Source: Octopus vulgaris (taxonomy: Eukaryota). From it: a DNA stretch of 64,000 bases. Position 1 is the first letter of the stretch; every line of letters starts with the position of its first letter. The stretch is taken from contig OX597831.1 of NCBI GenBank assembly GCA_951406725.2, positions 35,526,001 to 35,590,000 on the forward strand, read 5' to 3'. A model generated the notes under the pieces. The model searched no databases, had not been told where the DNA came from, and saw only the letters and a list, made by a program, of their open reading frames with translations. The translations under genes were made by a program, and so were the position numbers. Positions 1-12,722 of this stretch are shown here, in pieces.

Positions 1-227
1 ATCTTTGTCCTAGAAGAGCTGCTTTTCCTATAACTTTGTCAAAAATAAAGGGATCCTCCTCTACCCTTAGGAAATTTATTTAACCCTTAGATGGGACTGC
101 TGTTCCAGGTCAGAACAGACTTGGGAGCAATGGTAATTAAGGAGTGACTCTATTCTCCCCATCGCTTCAGAACTCCTGAACTATCGCCTTTCCATGGGTG
201 CTGTTTAATGTTACACCCAAGATATTT

Positions 228-445
228 AAAGGGGTGCTGAAAAGATCCTGGTTTTAAGAGTATTATGAAAGGGCTGGCTGGAAGCCCAGCTTTCCAAGTT
301 CTTTTATAGGGCGTACAAAAATTGAAGGACCGTTGCAATAAGTGTGTGAATCTGAGAGGGGAATATGTTGAATAAAATCATAATTAAGTGATTCTTCTGT
401 ATTTCCTCTTTACCCAAAGCCAGGAAATTTTCAGCAGCCCCTCGT
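228..445. mobile_element. Mariner-type MITE (~210 bp, TIR GAGGGGTGCTGAAAAGTTCCTGGCTTT-like); further copies at ~474-860, ~3074-3510, ~14970-15183
   Basis: Terminal inverted repeats GGGGTGCTGAAAAG...TTTTCAGCA(G/C)CCC and a shared internal sequence across four copies in the window. Confidence 0.7.
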
Positions 446-505
446 GTGATGATGATGATGATGGTATATATGTATGAGGAAATGCTGAAAAGTTCTTGGC
501 TTTAA

Positions 506-739
506 CCCATATATACCCATAAAAAAAATGAAGTCTTAAAATTTCACTGTATTTAGATTAAATGTCATGGTAAGCTTTCACAATCTGGAAGAGAAGGACA
601 GTATGCAACTGTTAGCTACAAGTGTTGACTACCTGCTGAACATTTCATATGCTTGGTCAGATGCTTCCTGGTGAGTTCATGTCCAAATGAGGAGGAGCAA
701 GTTTTGCTTTGAGAAAACACAACCAGGAGTATATATGGG
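506..739. mobile_element. piggyBac-type MITE nested in a mariner MITE
   Basis: TTAA duplication (502-505 and 740-743) and TIR CCCATATATAC/GTATATATGGG. Confidence 0.75.
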
Positions 740-3104
740 TTAAGGGTATCACAAAAGGCCTGGTTGGAGGCCCCAGCTTTCTGAGTTCTTTTACATAACT
801 AACTGATCTTTCTCTATTTTCTTTTACCCAAAGCCGGGGACTTTTCAGCACACCCTTGTATATATGCACAGGCATGGCTATGTGGTGAGAAGTTTGCACT
901 GTGGATTGAACCTGCAAGCACATGGTACCAATGTGAAATTCTTAACCACTGAACCATGTCTACATGTGTATCTATGTCTACATGTGTATCTATCAACCTA
1001 TAAACAATGGAAAAAAATCATTCATCAAAATAAAATGCAAAACAAAAGCTATTCGTTATTTCCTTCTCTATAATTGGTGATTTTATGGCTTGTTCCAAAA
1101 TATTTCTAAATGGAAAACTAAATTAATTTGCTGATTTCTCAACTAATTGCTTATTTTAAATTGAGTCATAACATTAATTTATTTACCTTCAATTGTGATA
1201 TCATTTGAAGGTTAAATACGTAAAAGTCAAAAATACAAAATTAAAAAGCAAAACAGAATAAACAATAACGAAACGAAAATAAACTTCAAACATTAATTAT
1301 TAGAATTAAAATGTTTTTGCATTTGTTTTATCAGTCATGAATCACTAATTGTCGGGGTGGTGGGGGTTACGTTTTTCTACGGAATTGACACCAATATATG
1401 AAGGTTAGAAAGACATAGATGGTAGTGTCAAAAAAACAAATGCTAGAAAGAATTTCTACGTGGTTTCTTGGTCTCCTAGACATAGAAGCAAAATGTTCGT
1501 CAAATTATCCTTTTACAGTAGCTGCCACTATTTTTTGCTGTGTGGAGGTACATGGCCTAATGGTTAGAGCAGCAGACATGCAATGGAGAGATCATGGGTT
1601 TTAATCTCAGACCAGGCGATGTGTGTGTTTATGAGCCAAACACATAAGCTCCATGTGGCTCCGGCAGAAGATAATGGTGAACTTCTGTTGACTCTTTCGC
1701 CACAGCTTTCTCTCACTCTTTCCTCTTGCATCTAGCAGCTCACCTGTGATGGACCTGCATTCCATCCATGTGGAGAACCTATACACCAATGAAACTGAGA
1801 ACCTGGCCCTTATGAGCCAGGCATAGCTCGAAAAGAAACAAAAAACAACTTTGCTTTTGCTAATTATTTTAGGTGCCTATGTGGCTGGGTGCAAATATAG
1901 ATTCTTTCTTGGCCCTTCTTTTAAGATGTGGCTGTCTGAAGGAGAGAAAGCTGCATCAGTAGTCAGCTGGTACGCATTTGCAGTGGAGTATATTGGAGTA
2001 ATGTGAAGATGTGTAGCTTAGTAATTTGGGCATTGCACTCCTGAGTTTTGATTCCTGGACTGGGTGAGGTGTTGTGGTCTTGAGTAAAACACTAAAATCC
2101 AGTTTATCCCCATCACCTGACCCTGTTTATTGATATTTCTGTTGTGTCTTTGTTTAGTTCTTTTTGTCTGTATGTTGTGTCTTTGGGATGTTCATATTTG
2201 TGTGAATGTATATTTTTTTTTTGTATGATGGTATTAATGTTTTTATGTATGTGTACATATGTGTGTGTATGTGAGTGAGTGTGCATGGTTGAAGTGTGCT
2301 TATTTGTGTGTACATACTTGCGTGTGTATGTGTGTGTTTGTGTGAATTTTTATTTCTCTAGATGTTTAGGTTTTCAGAAAGTATAAAGGAATTTTAAAAG
2401 AATGGTAAATAAACACACATACACACAAGCATGCACACAAACACAGACGTTTGGTAGAAATATGGATATATTTTAAGAATACAGACATAAGTAAACATCA
2501 CCTTTTGTGATTCACCTGACAATTATGGTAAAACAGTTCTTTGCTAATGCTTGCATAATTTCCTGAAGATAGTCAGTATTTTCAACAAATTTGCATTTGA
2601 TATTTTGTCAGTTTTTCAAAATAAGGTGAGATCTTAACGTTTTATGCTATCTATCCTTTGAACATCTGTTCTGCTTATTCTAATAAAATTCGTGATAACC
2701 ACAACAGCTACCACAATGGACGTATTTGCTTTGGTTTTTATAAATAGTTATGTCTGCTTTCCTGGTTTTATTTTGAAAATTTATCACCAATGAAGAAACA
2801 AGATAATTTCTTTGGAACTTATACAGCGTTGTAATATATGTATGTACTGCATTTTCCGACTTACAAGTCAATGTAATATATTATGTAAACATGTAGTGTG
2901 AACATTCAAAGATTGTCACCATCTTTCCAAAATCCTGCTGCATTTCACATGGAAGGTTTGGTCCTCCAATGTTGTCTTGGTGTGTAAGTCCACCCACATA
3001 TTTTGGGGCTATAAATTTAGGTCTGACAAGTTCAGCTTGTATGCCAGGAAATATACTATGTATGTACATATGTATGAGGAGGTGCTGAAAAGTTCCTGCT
3101 TTAA

Positions 3105-3325
3105 CCCTTTAGTGTTCACATTATTCTGCCAAAATTAATACTTCTTTATCCACATTGCTTTGAACTAATCATGCATTATCTTGTAGCCATGAGATTTTGA
3201 TGATGTTGCTGTTAATTTTTAAAACGATATTGTAGGGTTGGTGTGAGAGACCAGATCTGGCCAGTTTGAACATAAAACAGGCAGAATACTTTTGGCTGGA
3301 TATGGCCGGTTTAAATGCTAAAGGG
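3105..3325. mobile_element. piggyBac-type MITE (CCCTTTAG termini) nested in a mariner MITE; related copies at ~18840-19065 and ~23795-24420
   Basis: TTAA duplication (3101-04 and 3326-29), TIR CCCTTTAG/CTAAAGGG. Confidence 0.75.
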
Positions 3326-4284
3326 TTAAAGGTATCGTGAAAGGCCTGGTTGGAGGCCCAAACTTTTGAATTCTTTTACAGGGTTTAGTAGAAATGAAGG
3401 GCTGCTGCAATAAGTGTGTGTGAATCTGTGAGGGGAATATATTCAATAAAATCATAACTGACCCTCCTGTATTTTCTTTTACCCAAAGCCAGGAACTTTT
3501 CAGCACCCCCTTGTGTGTATATGTGTACCTGACTATTTGTGTGTGTATGTGTGTGTATGTGTGTATGATTGTATGTATGCATATCTATCTGTCTATTTGC
3601 CTGCCTGTCGGTTTATCTGTGTGTCTTTTTGTTTACGTGAATGTATGGATTATGTATGCACAAGGTATTATTATTGGGGAAGGAAGAATAGTTACACCCT
3701 GTAGAATGATGTTAACCATGGACCAAGTGTATCAACTGTATTCATTTTATATCCTTCTATATGTTGGGTACACAGATTTCACAAAGCAGGGATACACACA
3801 ACTGTCTTCACACGACGTACTTCAAATTACTTCAATAAACACGATGCTCCTATAAATACAAACTTTCAATAATCTCAATGATAATCTACGACTCCCACGA
3901 ACTCTCAATGCCTCCTACTACTTCTCTCTCGTCTCAGCCAATATGCTACTTTTTATAAGAGTTCGGCTAATCCATTCTTCCAATCCCACAGGAGTGTCAA
4001 TGACTCTCACCACAACAGTTCACATATACATACATACATATCATTACCTAGTTCAGAAATTGAATACGACCATCTTATCAAAATGTCACAAAGACAGCAG
4101 CCAAAGATTTGTATTTTGAGTGGAGGAAAGCACTCAAACCATGAGAATTGTTTTTAAATGACTGTCCCTTCCAACAGGCAGAGCCTGCACCTCCTCCTTC
4201 TGTTCTGCTGATAGATAAATCATTCTAAAAAAAAACAAAAAACGTCCAGGTGCTTTCCTGAATTCAAAAGATGAAAACAACAGA

Positions 4285-4952
4285 AAGTTGTCATGGTGAT
4301 ACTTGTTCAGAGGCCTATGCAAAATTGCAGATAGTATATTGAGAGCAGTGTATGAGCCACACACAAGTGTATGAGTGGTTCAGACGTTTCCAAGAAGGCT
4401 GAAAAAATATCAATATTGATGAACATTCTGGGAGACCCACAACCAGCAGAACTGAGAAAAACATCGCTGATGTGCATGCAACACTGAGGGAATCACCATC
4501 CATGAGTTATCAGAGGATGTGCAGATTAGTTACAGTTCAGCTCAGTCAGTTATCACTAAAGATTTGGGCATGAGACTTGTGTCTGCCAAGTTTGTGCCAA
4601 AACTGCTTTCAGCTGACCAAAAAGTCACTTGGGTTTCAGTTGGACAAAATCTTGATTGTGTCGACAATGATAAAAACTTTTTGAAAGCTTCGCATAGGCC
4701 TCTAAGCAAGTGTCACGAAGCTTTTGGCAGATTCTCTCCTCAACTTTCTCTGTCATGGTCAGTGTGATGATCACACACTACACACCTTCCTTCCAAGTAC
4801 TGCTGTAAACAGTGGAAGTGAGCCAGAACATTAAAACTTAGTGTGCATGCACAGCAGAGTTCAAGGTCAATCTTTGCCTAGTAACTTCACTCTGTGTGCT
4901 TTAGCTTCATTACTATGGCAACAGTCCGGATACTTATTGATCAGACCACGTA
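4285..4952 (+). mobile_element. Degenerate mariner transposon fragment
   Basis: Translates to MSHTQVYEWFRRFQEG..DEHSGRPTTSRT and DLGMRLVSAKFVPKLL (mariner HTH and WVPHEL-like motif) with stops; ends in a TIR-like TGATCAGACCACG+TA. Confidence 0.8.
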
Positions 4953-4959
4953 TGATCAA

Positions 4960-5990
4960 AACAGAGTACATGTCAGTAAACCAATATGGAGACCTTGTCA
5001 CACGAGGTAGTGGATTACTAAACTGAGTTGATAATTTTCCTATATTTTGGGCAGCTTGGTAAGTTCAACAAAAAGGACAGTGACATTAGAATTACTGAAT
5101 CTTTGGCTGCAATGAACAAAATGGAAAAGGTATGGAAGTCAGATCTATTCAGAGAAATCAAAATATCATTCTTCAGAACATTTGTTGAGTCAGTGTTGTT
5201 TAATGGTTTGGGTACATGCACCCTGATACAAGGACGTTTGCAGAAACTAGAGGGTGCATACTCTGAAATGCCTAGGATTGAACAAAACATAAACTGGCAT
5301 TAGTGTATTACAAATATAGAAACTTGCCCAAGATAACAACTATTATTACACACATGTGAGTGAGAACACCTTGAGATATTTTTGCTATCTAACATATGTC
5401 AGATATTGCGAGCGCTGCTTCTGATTGGTCAATCCATGGTGATGACCCGAGGTCATGGTGACAGCGCTGCTTCTGATTGGTCAATACATGGTGATGACCC
5501 GAGGTCACGGTGACGGCACTACTTTTGTCATTCATAAGTTACAACTAAACGTGAAGAATTTAGTTATTGGGTTAATAAAATATGGTCGTTTATTCGTGTG
5601 TAATAAATAAAATACCAAACTCATTCCCTATGGATACCGTATTTATTACAACTCGTGGCTTGTAAACGTATCTAACGAGCGAAAGTGAGTTAGATACGTT
5701 TACAAGCCACTCGTTGTAATAAATATGGTATCCATAGGGAACTCGTTTGGTATTCTCTATTTATTGCTCAAAGATGGTTATGATTTGGAGGACATTGCTG
5801 GAGAAGTAAGCTGGAAGTTATACACAAGATGCTATTGTGAGAATGAGCTCATGAGAAACGCAGTAGAGGAAGACCTGTGTGACTATTTATTGATCAACTC
5901 TCAAATGATACAAACCTCAATAAGAAGCAGTTGCCAGGAGCAATGGAAAATTGTGAATTGTGGAGAGACTTTGTCAGTAATATTTGACTG
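4960..5990 (+). mobile_element. Degenerate RTE-clade LINE reverse transcriptase 3' fragment, interrupted at ~5355-5765
   Basis: AAMNKMEKVWKSDL..IKISFFRTFVESVLFNG..LEGAYSEMPR..NINW before the insertion; GHCWRSK and RGRP..IDQL-like motifs after it. Confidence 0.7.
5355..5765. mobile_element. Non-autonomous palindromic-end element (Crypton-like by architecture) with a 52-bp tandem duplication and a 164-nt terminal hairpin
   Basis: Direct repeat 5411-5462/5463-5514; hairpin 5602-5765; it interrupts the RTE fragment. The family assignment is inference. Confidence 0.5.
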
Positions 5991-7179
5991 TATTCGCAAT
6001 GATGAAGAAATCCATTCTCATAGCTTTGGACTGCCTGAAGCTATAGTAGAAGACACCTGCCCAAGATGTTATGTGATGGGACTGAACCTGAGACCACATG
6101 GTTGGGAAGCAAGCTTCTTAACCACACAGCCAGGACTTCACCAATGTGTGTATGTATGTATGTCTCTTTATGTATATCTATGTATATATGAATGTGTCTG
6201 TATATATGTATATACACACACACAAACACTCACTTACACATACACATACACACACACATATATATATGCATGCACACACACATATACATCTGTGTCTAGG
6301 TACATAGGGCATATGTATGTGTATGTGTACATACACACATACATATGCTTATATTTCATAAAAATATGAAATATGCACATATTTTAAGATACAGGTGTAA
6401 GTAAGCAGCTTTTGTGATTGAGATGACTGTCTATAGTAAAAAAACCCCCCAAAACAAACAAAACAAAACTCTTGTATTGCTAACGCCTGCATTAATTTCC
6501 CGAGGACAGTCACCATTTCAACAGATTTGCGTTTTGGTATTTTGACATATTTGTCTTTTTCGTCATCTTTTTTTCGAAATAATGCTGAGCTTTCAGATCT
6601 TTACAATATCTATTCTTGTTACATATGTTTTTGTTTACATTGATGATGATGTGTGTGACGACCACAACAGCCTCCGACACTCTGGAAGCAATTGGTTTGA
6701 TTTCCATTGTATTAAAACTTGGGTAATGGCTCTCAGTTACAGCGACTTCCTGTTGTGTATCTTAATCCCTTTGTTCGGATTTTTTGCTCTATTTTTTTTA
6801 TTTTACCAAATCTGTTTTTATTTTGTTTTATTCTTTTAATTTTTTTTTCTCTTTTTTTTCCCCCCCTGTTGTATGTGTTGAGTGATAATTGAGACTAATT
6901 TGATAGAGAATGTTCCCTGGCTTGCTTTATTTTGATAAAGCTTCAGTATTTTTCTCCCCATTAATTCTGTCTTTTTAAAGGGAGCCCGCTTTTTAAAAGC
7001 AAAATGGAGACGAGCGGTCGTGCTGCAAATAATACGAGTGGACTCTTGTGCATGGAATACAACAGAGATAAATAATTTATCAATAAACAGTGACAAATAA
7101 GAAAGAATGAGTGAATGTATGAATAAATAAATGTATATGTAAACGAATAAAAGAATGTGGCAACATAATAGTAGTTTGC

Positions 7180-7670
7180 TATGGCGATAATAACAATAAT
7201 AATAGTGACTACAACACCAACAACAACAATAATAATAATAATGATAATAATAATAATAATGATGATGATAATAATAAAGAACAACTACAATAATAATGAC
7301 ATCAATAATAATATCAGTAATAGTAATTGCAATAGCAATAACAACAATAATATCAATAAAAACATAATAATACTAATAATGATAATAATGATAATAACAA
7401 TAATAGTGATAATAATAATAATGATAATAACAATAACAATAATAGTGATAATAACAATAATAACAATAATAGTGATAATAACAATAATAACAATAATAGT
7501 GATAATAATAATAATGATAATAACAATAATAACAATAATAATGATAATAACAATAATAACAATAATAGTGATAATAACAATAATAACAATAATAGTGATA
7601 ATAACAATAATAACAATAATAGTGATAATGATGATGATGATGATGAGGAGGAGGAGGAGGAGGAGGAGGG

Positions 7671-7709
<39 letters not shown>

Positions 7710-7740
7710 CGATGATGACGACAATGATGATGATGATGTT
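7180..7740. repeat. Compound (AAT/AAC)n-(GAT)n-(GAG)n microsatellite
   Basis: Directly visible; source of the poly-I/M ORFs. Confidence 0.95.
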
Positions 7741-10321
7741 GTATGTGAACAAAGCAGTGCTAACATTGTGGTAGCACAATGAAGTACACTATGTCAAAAA
7801 ACGGAAAAAAACAATAACACTACAAGATAATAACAAAAATTCAGAAAACAAAACAAAAAAAAAACAAGAAAAAAGCAAATCAAAACAACTAGCTCTGTCT
7901 CCAAGAAAAAAAAAAAAACAAAAGAAAAAGGCGATGTGTTTTCAGACTGGTTGTTGGTGGGAATGGCATTGGGAACTTCTTATCATCACCAGTCTTGTGT
8001 TTAATTGTGACTCCATTAATAAATCTGTGGAATAAAAGCACCAATGGTGACAAATGCTATGGACAATCTATAAATCATGATCTTTTATGAGGGGATAATT
8101 TTAGAAAACTATTTACACCAAGGTGATGATGTGTGGCCCAGTGGTTAGTGTATTGATCTCGTGATTGCTTAATCGTGGGTTCATTTCCCTGGTGTGTGTG
8201 GTGTGTTGTGTTCTTGGAGCAGAACACTTCATTTCAGGTTGCTTCAGTCCACTCAGCCATAAATGGATGACCCTGCAACAGAGTAGCCTTCCGGTCAGGA
8301 GGAATGTTGACCCGCTCACCTAGCCAGTGTAGTTTTTCTCTTATTTTTTTTTTTTTGGTTACCTTCTCGCTGGTTTACTGGTTTCATGGCATATATATTC
8401 TCCACATGGGTGAGATGCCGGTCCGTTGTCTTTTGCCAGCTGAGCAGACTGCAGCAACATGAAATGAAATGTTTTGCTCAAGAACACAATGCGTTACCCA
8501 GTCCAGGAATTGAAACTACAATCTTACGATCAAAAGTCCCAAATTTTAACCACAAAGCCACGTGCCTCCACGGACTTATAGTACTGGTTTCCCGGTTTCA
8601 TGGGGTATTCCCCTCCAGGGTGGGATGCTGGGCCATCGCAAGATTACTCACTTTTGCCTGTTGAGCAAACTGGAACAACATAAAATGAAGTGTTTTGCTC
8701 AAGAACACAGCAATGAGTTGCCTGGCCCAGGAATCGAAACTACAATCTTCTGATCATGAGTACAACGCCCTAACCACTAAGCCACACAGCTCCACTAAGT
8801 TACCTTCTTAAGCCATAGCAACCCATAAGGGCCAGTTTCTCAGTTTCCTGACATATATATTCCCCATCTGGACGGGATGCTGGTCCCTCAGGATTACTCA
8901 TTATAGTCAGCAGTGGACCGCAGCAACATGAAATGAATGATGATGATGATGATGATGAACACAAGGCATTGCCTAGTCCAGGAATTGAAAGCACAATCTT
9001 ACATTCATCAGTCCAACACCCTAACTACTAAGCCATGCGCCCCCACTAGCCAGTGTAGTGGTATCATTCAAAAGCTAACGAACAAGAAGCGCATTGTGAC
9101 CAGCGATGTGTAACTGCATCTGCTAGTCTGGTTGATTCTGTGATTTACATGAAGAGATAAGAACTCAAGACCCAAAGGTAGCAGACCGCTGATACCATTA
9201 GAGCGTCAGAAAAATATGCCTTGTGGTGTTTAGGCTATTTCTTCCAGTCTCTTGCATTCTGTTTTCAAATCCCACCAGAGTAATCATCATCATCATCATC
9301 ATCTAATGCCTGTGGTCTATGCTGGCATAGATTGGATGGTTTGAAAGGATCCAATGAACCCAAGGACTTGTTTCATGTTTCAGTGTCTGCTTTCACATGG
9401 GTCCTACAGCTGGATGCCTTTCTTTATGTGAACCACTTTACAGTGTGTACTGGATGCTTTTTTTTTTTTTCATGCCACCAGCACTAGTGTGTTCCCGATA
9501 CAGCTTGTAAGTCTATGAACCCCGAGAAGAAGTTTTATGAAAGAGATGGAGATAGAAAAGTAAGGTGGAGCAGATTTTTTTTTTTAAATCATGCATGGGT
9601 ATGTGTATGTATGAGTGGGTAAATCATCATCAACATTATCATCATCATCATCATCATCATCACCACCATCACAATCACCACCACCACCAGCACCAGCACC
9701 ACCATCATCATCATCATCATCAAGTAGGGATTGCTGTACCATGCATATGGTGTGAAGGTGTGAAAACAAAGTTTTACGTATTGGTACTTCAAACAATGTG
9801 AAAAGCCAACTGTTACTGTTGAGATCAAACTGACCAGTTGGCCAAAATATATTTCCAGATATGAGGACAAAGAGAGAAAGCCTTGCTTTTCAAGTTCAGG
9901 AACAACCCTGGGCAAAATGAATTTTTCAGAATAATACTTTCGTCTTTTAATCGAAGTACGTATCTCCTATTTTGCTGTCAAAGTATATTTTGAACTTTTC
10001 CAGTCATCTCTACTTGATATATTGTGCAGCATTTTCTTTCATTAGCCATTACCATCTGAACGTGGGTGATGCCAGTACTTTCTGAACCTGGAACCATGTG
10101 GTTGGGAAGCAAAAAGTCTTGATTCGCCATGCTTGACTGCTAAACCTACTAATTTTTTTTCAATCTCTCTCTGTTTATTTTCTCTTATTCCTTTCTGCTG
10201 AAGAGCATAAGCTTGAAACAAATATGACTTTTTCATTTTCCCCAAGTGTCAAACTAATACACCTGCTTGGTGTTCATACACCTGGCTTTGTCTTTTGTTT
10301 TTCTATAAATTTCATCTATAT

Positions 10322-10476
10322 GAGTGGCTGTGTGGTAAGTAGCTTGCTTACCAACCACACAGTTCCGGGTTCAGTCCCACTGCGTGGCACCTTGGGCAAG
10401 TGTCTTCTACTATAGCCTCGGGCCAACCAAAGCCTTGTGAGTGGATTTGGTAGACGGAAACTGAAAGAAGCCTGTC

Positions 10477-10528
<52 letters not shown>

Positions 10529-10757
10529 GTGTGTGTGTTTGTGTGTCTGTGTTTGTACCCCCAACATCGCTTGACAACCGATGCTGGTATGTTTACGTTC
10601 CCGTTACTTAGCGGTTCGGCAAAAGAGACCGATAGAATAAGTACTAGGCTTACAAAGAATAAGTCCTGGGGTCGATTTGCTCGACTAAAAGACGGTGCTC
10701 CAGCATGGCTGCAGTCAAATGACTGAAACAAGTAGAAGAGTAAAAGAGTAAAGAGTA
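10322..10757 (+). mobile_element. Abundant tRNA-derived SINE with internal (TA/TG)n and (AAAGAGT)n tail; other copies at ~13440-13830(-), 15277-16246(-), 18340-18745(-), 23875-24272(-), 30310-30670(+), 37260-37755(+), 45200-45616(-), 54274-54630(+)
   Basis: A-box TGGCTGTGTGG and B-box GGTTCAGTCCC; conserved body GGCACCTTGGGCAAGTGTCTTCTACTATAGCC; many similar copies on both strands. Confidence 0.9.
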
Positions 10758-12722
10758 ATATATATACATATATATAGTTTGAAGTTATGTCAAGTTATAT
10801 ATTAATACAAGTTAACACTAAACTGAAGGATTATTCAATAAGTTTTGGTGGAGTACATATTTATTAGACTTTTATAAGGAAGACAATGACAGCCACTTCA
10901 AAGTCACTGTCGAAATTTTCCTTCTAAAAGTTTTATATGGAGTAAATTATGTGAAGAATGGAAAACATCAATGACACTGCAAAATAACGAGAACAAAAAT
11001 ATAGAAGAAAAAACAAGAAAAACAAATCAAAATAACCAGCTCTATTGCCATAAAAGAAAGGGTGATGTTTTCAGATTGGCTGCCAGGGAAAGAGCAAGGG
11101 GAACTTCTTGTCATCACTAGTCTTCTGTTTAACTGTGACTCCATTAATAAATGTGTGGAATAAAAGCACCAATGGTGACAAATGCTATGGACAATCTATA
11201 AATCATGATCTTTTATGGGGGTGGCAATGATTTTAAAAAGCTATTTACACACCAAGAGACAAAGCTCAAAACCCAAACATAGCAGATAATATATAATATA
11301 TATATATATATATATATTTGTGTTTATTGAGCGAAAACACCTAAAGCTTCACGAGGCTCCTGCAGGGGGGGGGGCGATCCCTGCTGTACTCTTTCGCCAC
11401 AACTTTCTCTCACTCTTTCGTCTGTTGGCCTGCTCACTTAGCCAGCAGGGTGGCGTCATTTGAAGGCTAAAACAATGCAAAGCGCATTGTGACCAGGGAT
11501 GTGTAGCAACATCTGATAACCCGGTCGATCACGGTCATATATATATATATTTATAGGCGTAGGAGTGGCTGTGTGGTAAGTACCTTGCTTACCAACCACA
11601 TGGTTCCCAGTTCAGTCACACTGCATGGCATCTATAAATGAAGAGAGAGGGTGTGAGAGAGAGAAAGAGAGAGAGAGATTGACTGTGTTTAATTGTGCAG
11701 AACAGACTAAATAAATGAATAAATATATATGGTGTGATGGTTGTCTTTGTCTTGAAAGCTGACCATTCTCGCCACAGGACAATTTCCAACCAAATAGAAA
11801 AGACAGAAAGATGAATAGAGTGGGAGAGAGAATGAAAGCTGTTGATTCTTTGGAAATTTTGGCACTTTAGCTCTGGTCACACCATCATCATCATCATTAT
11901 CATCACCATAGTTAAAGCGTGAAAGTGGACAAAACACCTATGCTTATAAATGCGATGGTGTCTTACTTTTGTTTTGTGGGACAAACAGACAAACAGACAG
12001 AATCTCTTTTTTATATATATATATATATATAGAGAGGGCAGTTAATCCTGTCTCCTCATCACCCACAAACTTCTACGGATTCTCTACTGGACTTTCTACA
12101 CTTCAGCTGCACCTCTCCTGCCTATGGATTACACTGGACTCTGTATACGTATATACATACACACCCCCACATATACATACATATATACACATATATGTAT
12201 ATGTAGATGATGATGATGGTTGTGGTGGTGGTGGTGGTGGCAGTTTTGGTAGTGGTGGTGATGATGATGATGATGATTCAAGGTAAAAGTGTCAGCCTTT
12301 CTTTTTGTGTGGCTCTTATTTTTATATGTTTATTTCCAGTTTCATTGTAACAGTTTTCTAAAGCATCTGAAGACAAACCATCAAACAAACATTTCTCTGT
12401 GTGGAAGGAAACAATAAAGTATGAAAAGGAAATTTTTAGAAATTGAAGAAGAATGTTTAGATAAATAAATATCACACACACAAACAACCAACCAAAATCA
12501 ACAGCTAAAAGGCAAAAAGCAAAAAGCTAAAAAAGCATCATAAAAGCATCCAAGTGGTAATATCAAATTATTGAAGAAAAGAAAAGTTAAGCGGAAATTC
12601 TTTCCATTGTCCATGTCTGCTAACACACTTCAAGAAAGAACTGGGTCAACTTGGAAATCAGCAATGTTTTGGTTCCTTGTCTTCTGAGTTCTAATACAAC
12701 ATTGCCTTTCATCACTCTAACA

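Noticed and set aside
3700-4013. Possible solo LTR (TG...CA)
   Set aside because: No target-site duplication found and no second copy in the window.
5725-6369. 214-aa ORF
   Set aside because: A chimera of a hairpin arm, an out-of-frame RTE relic, a SINE and a TA/CA repeat.
7181-7779. Long poly-I/M/S/L ORFs (and similar YI/CV/HT ORFs across the window)
   Set aside because: They are translations of microsatellites, open in several frames and on both strands, with no splice or homology support.
7942-7989. Box C/D-like motifs (GTGATGA...CTGA) on the - strand in both duplicate copies
   Set aside because: Only ~37 nt between boxes, no terminal stem, and antisense to the presumed host; too weak for a snoRNA call.
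12340-12445. Candidate upstream CFAP221 exon (FSKASEDKPSNKHFSVWKETIK)
   Set aside because: No in-phase strong donor and only trivial similarity.
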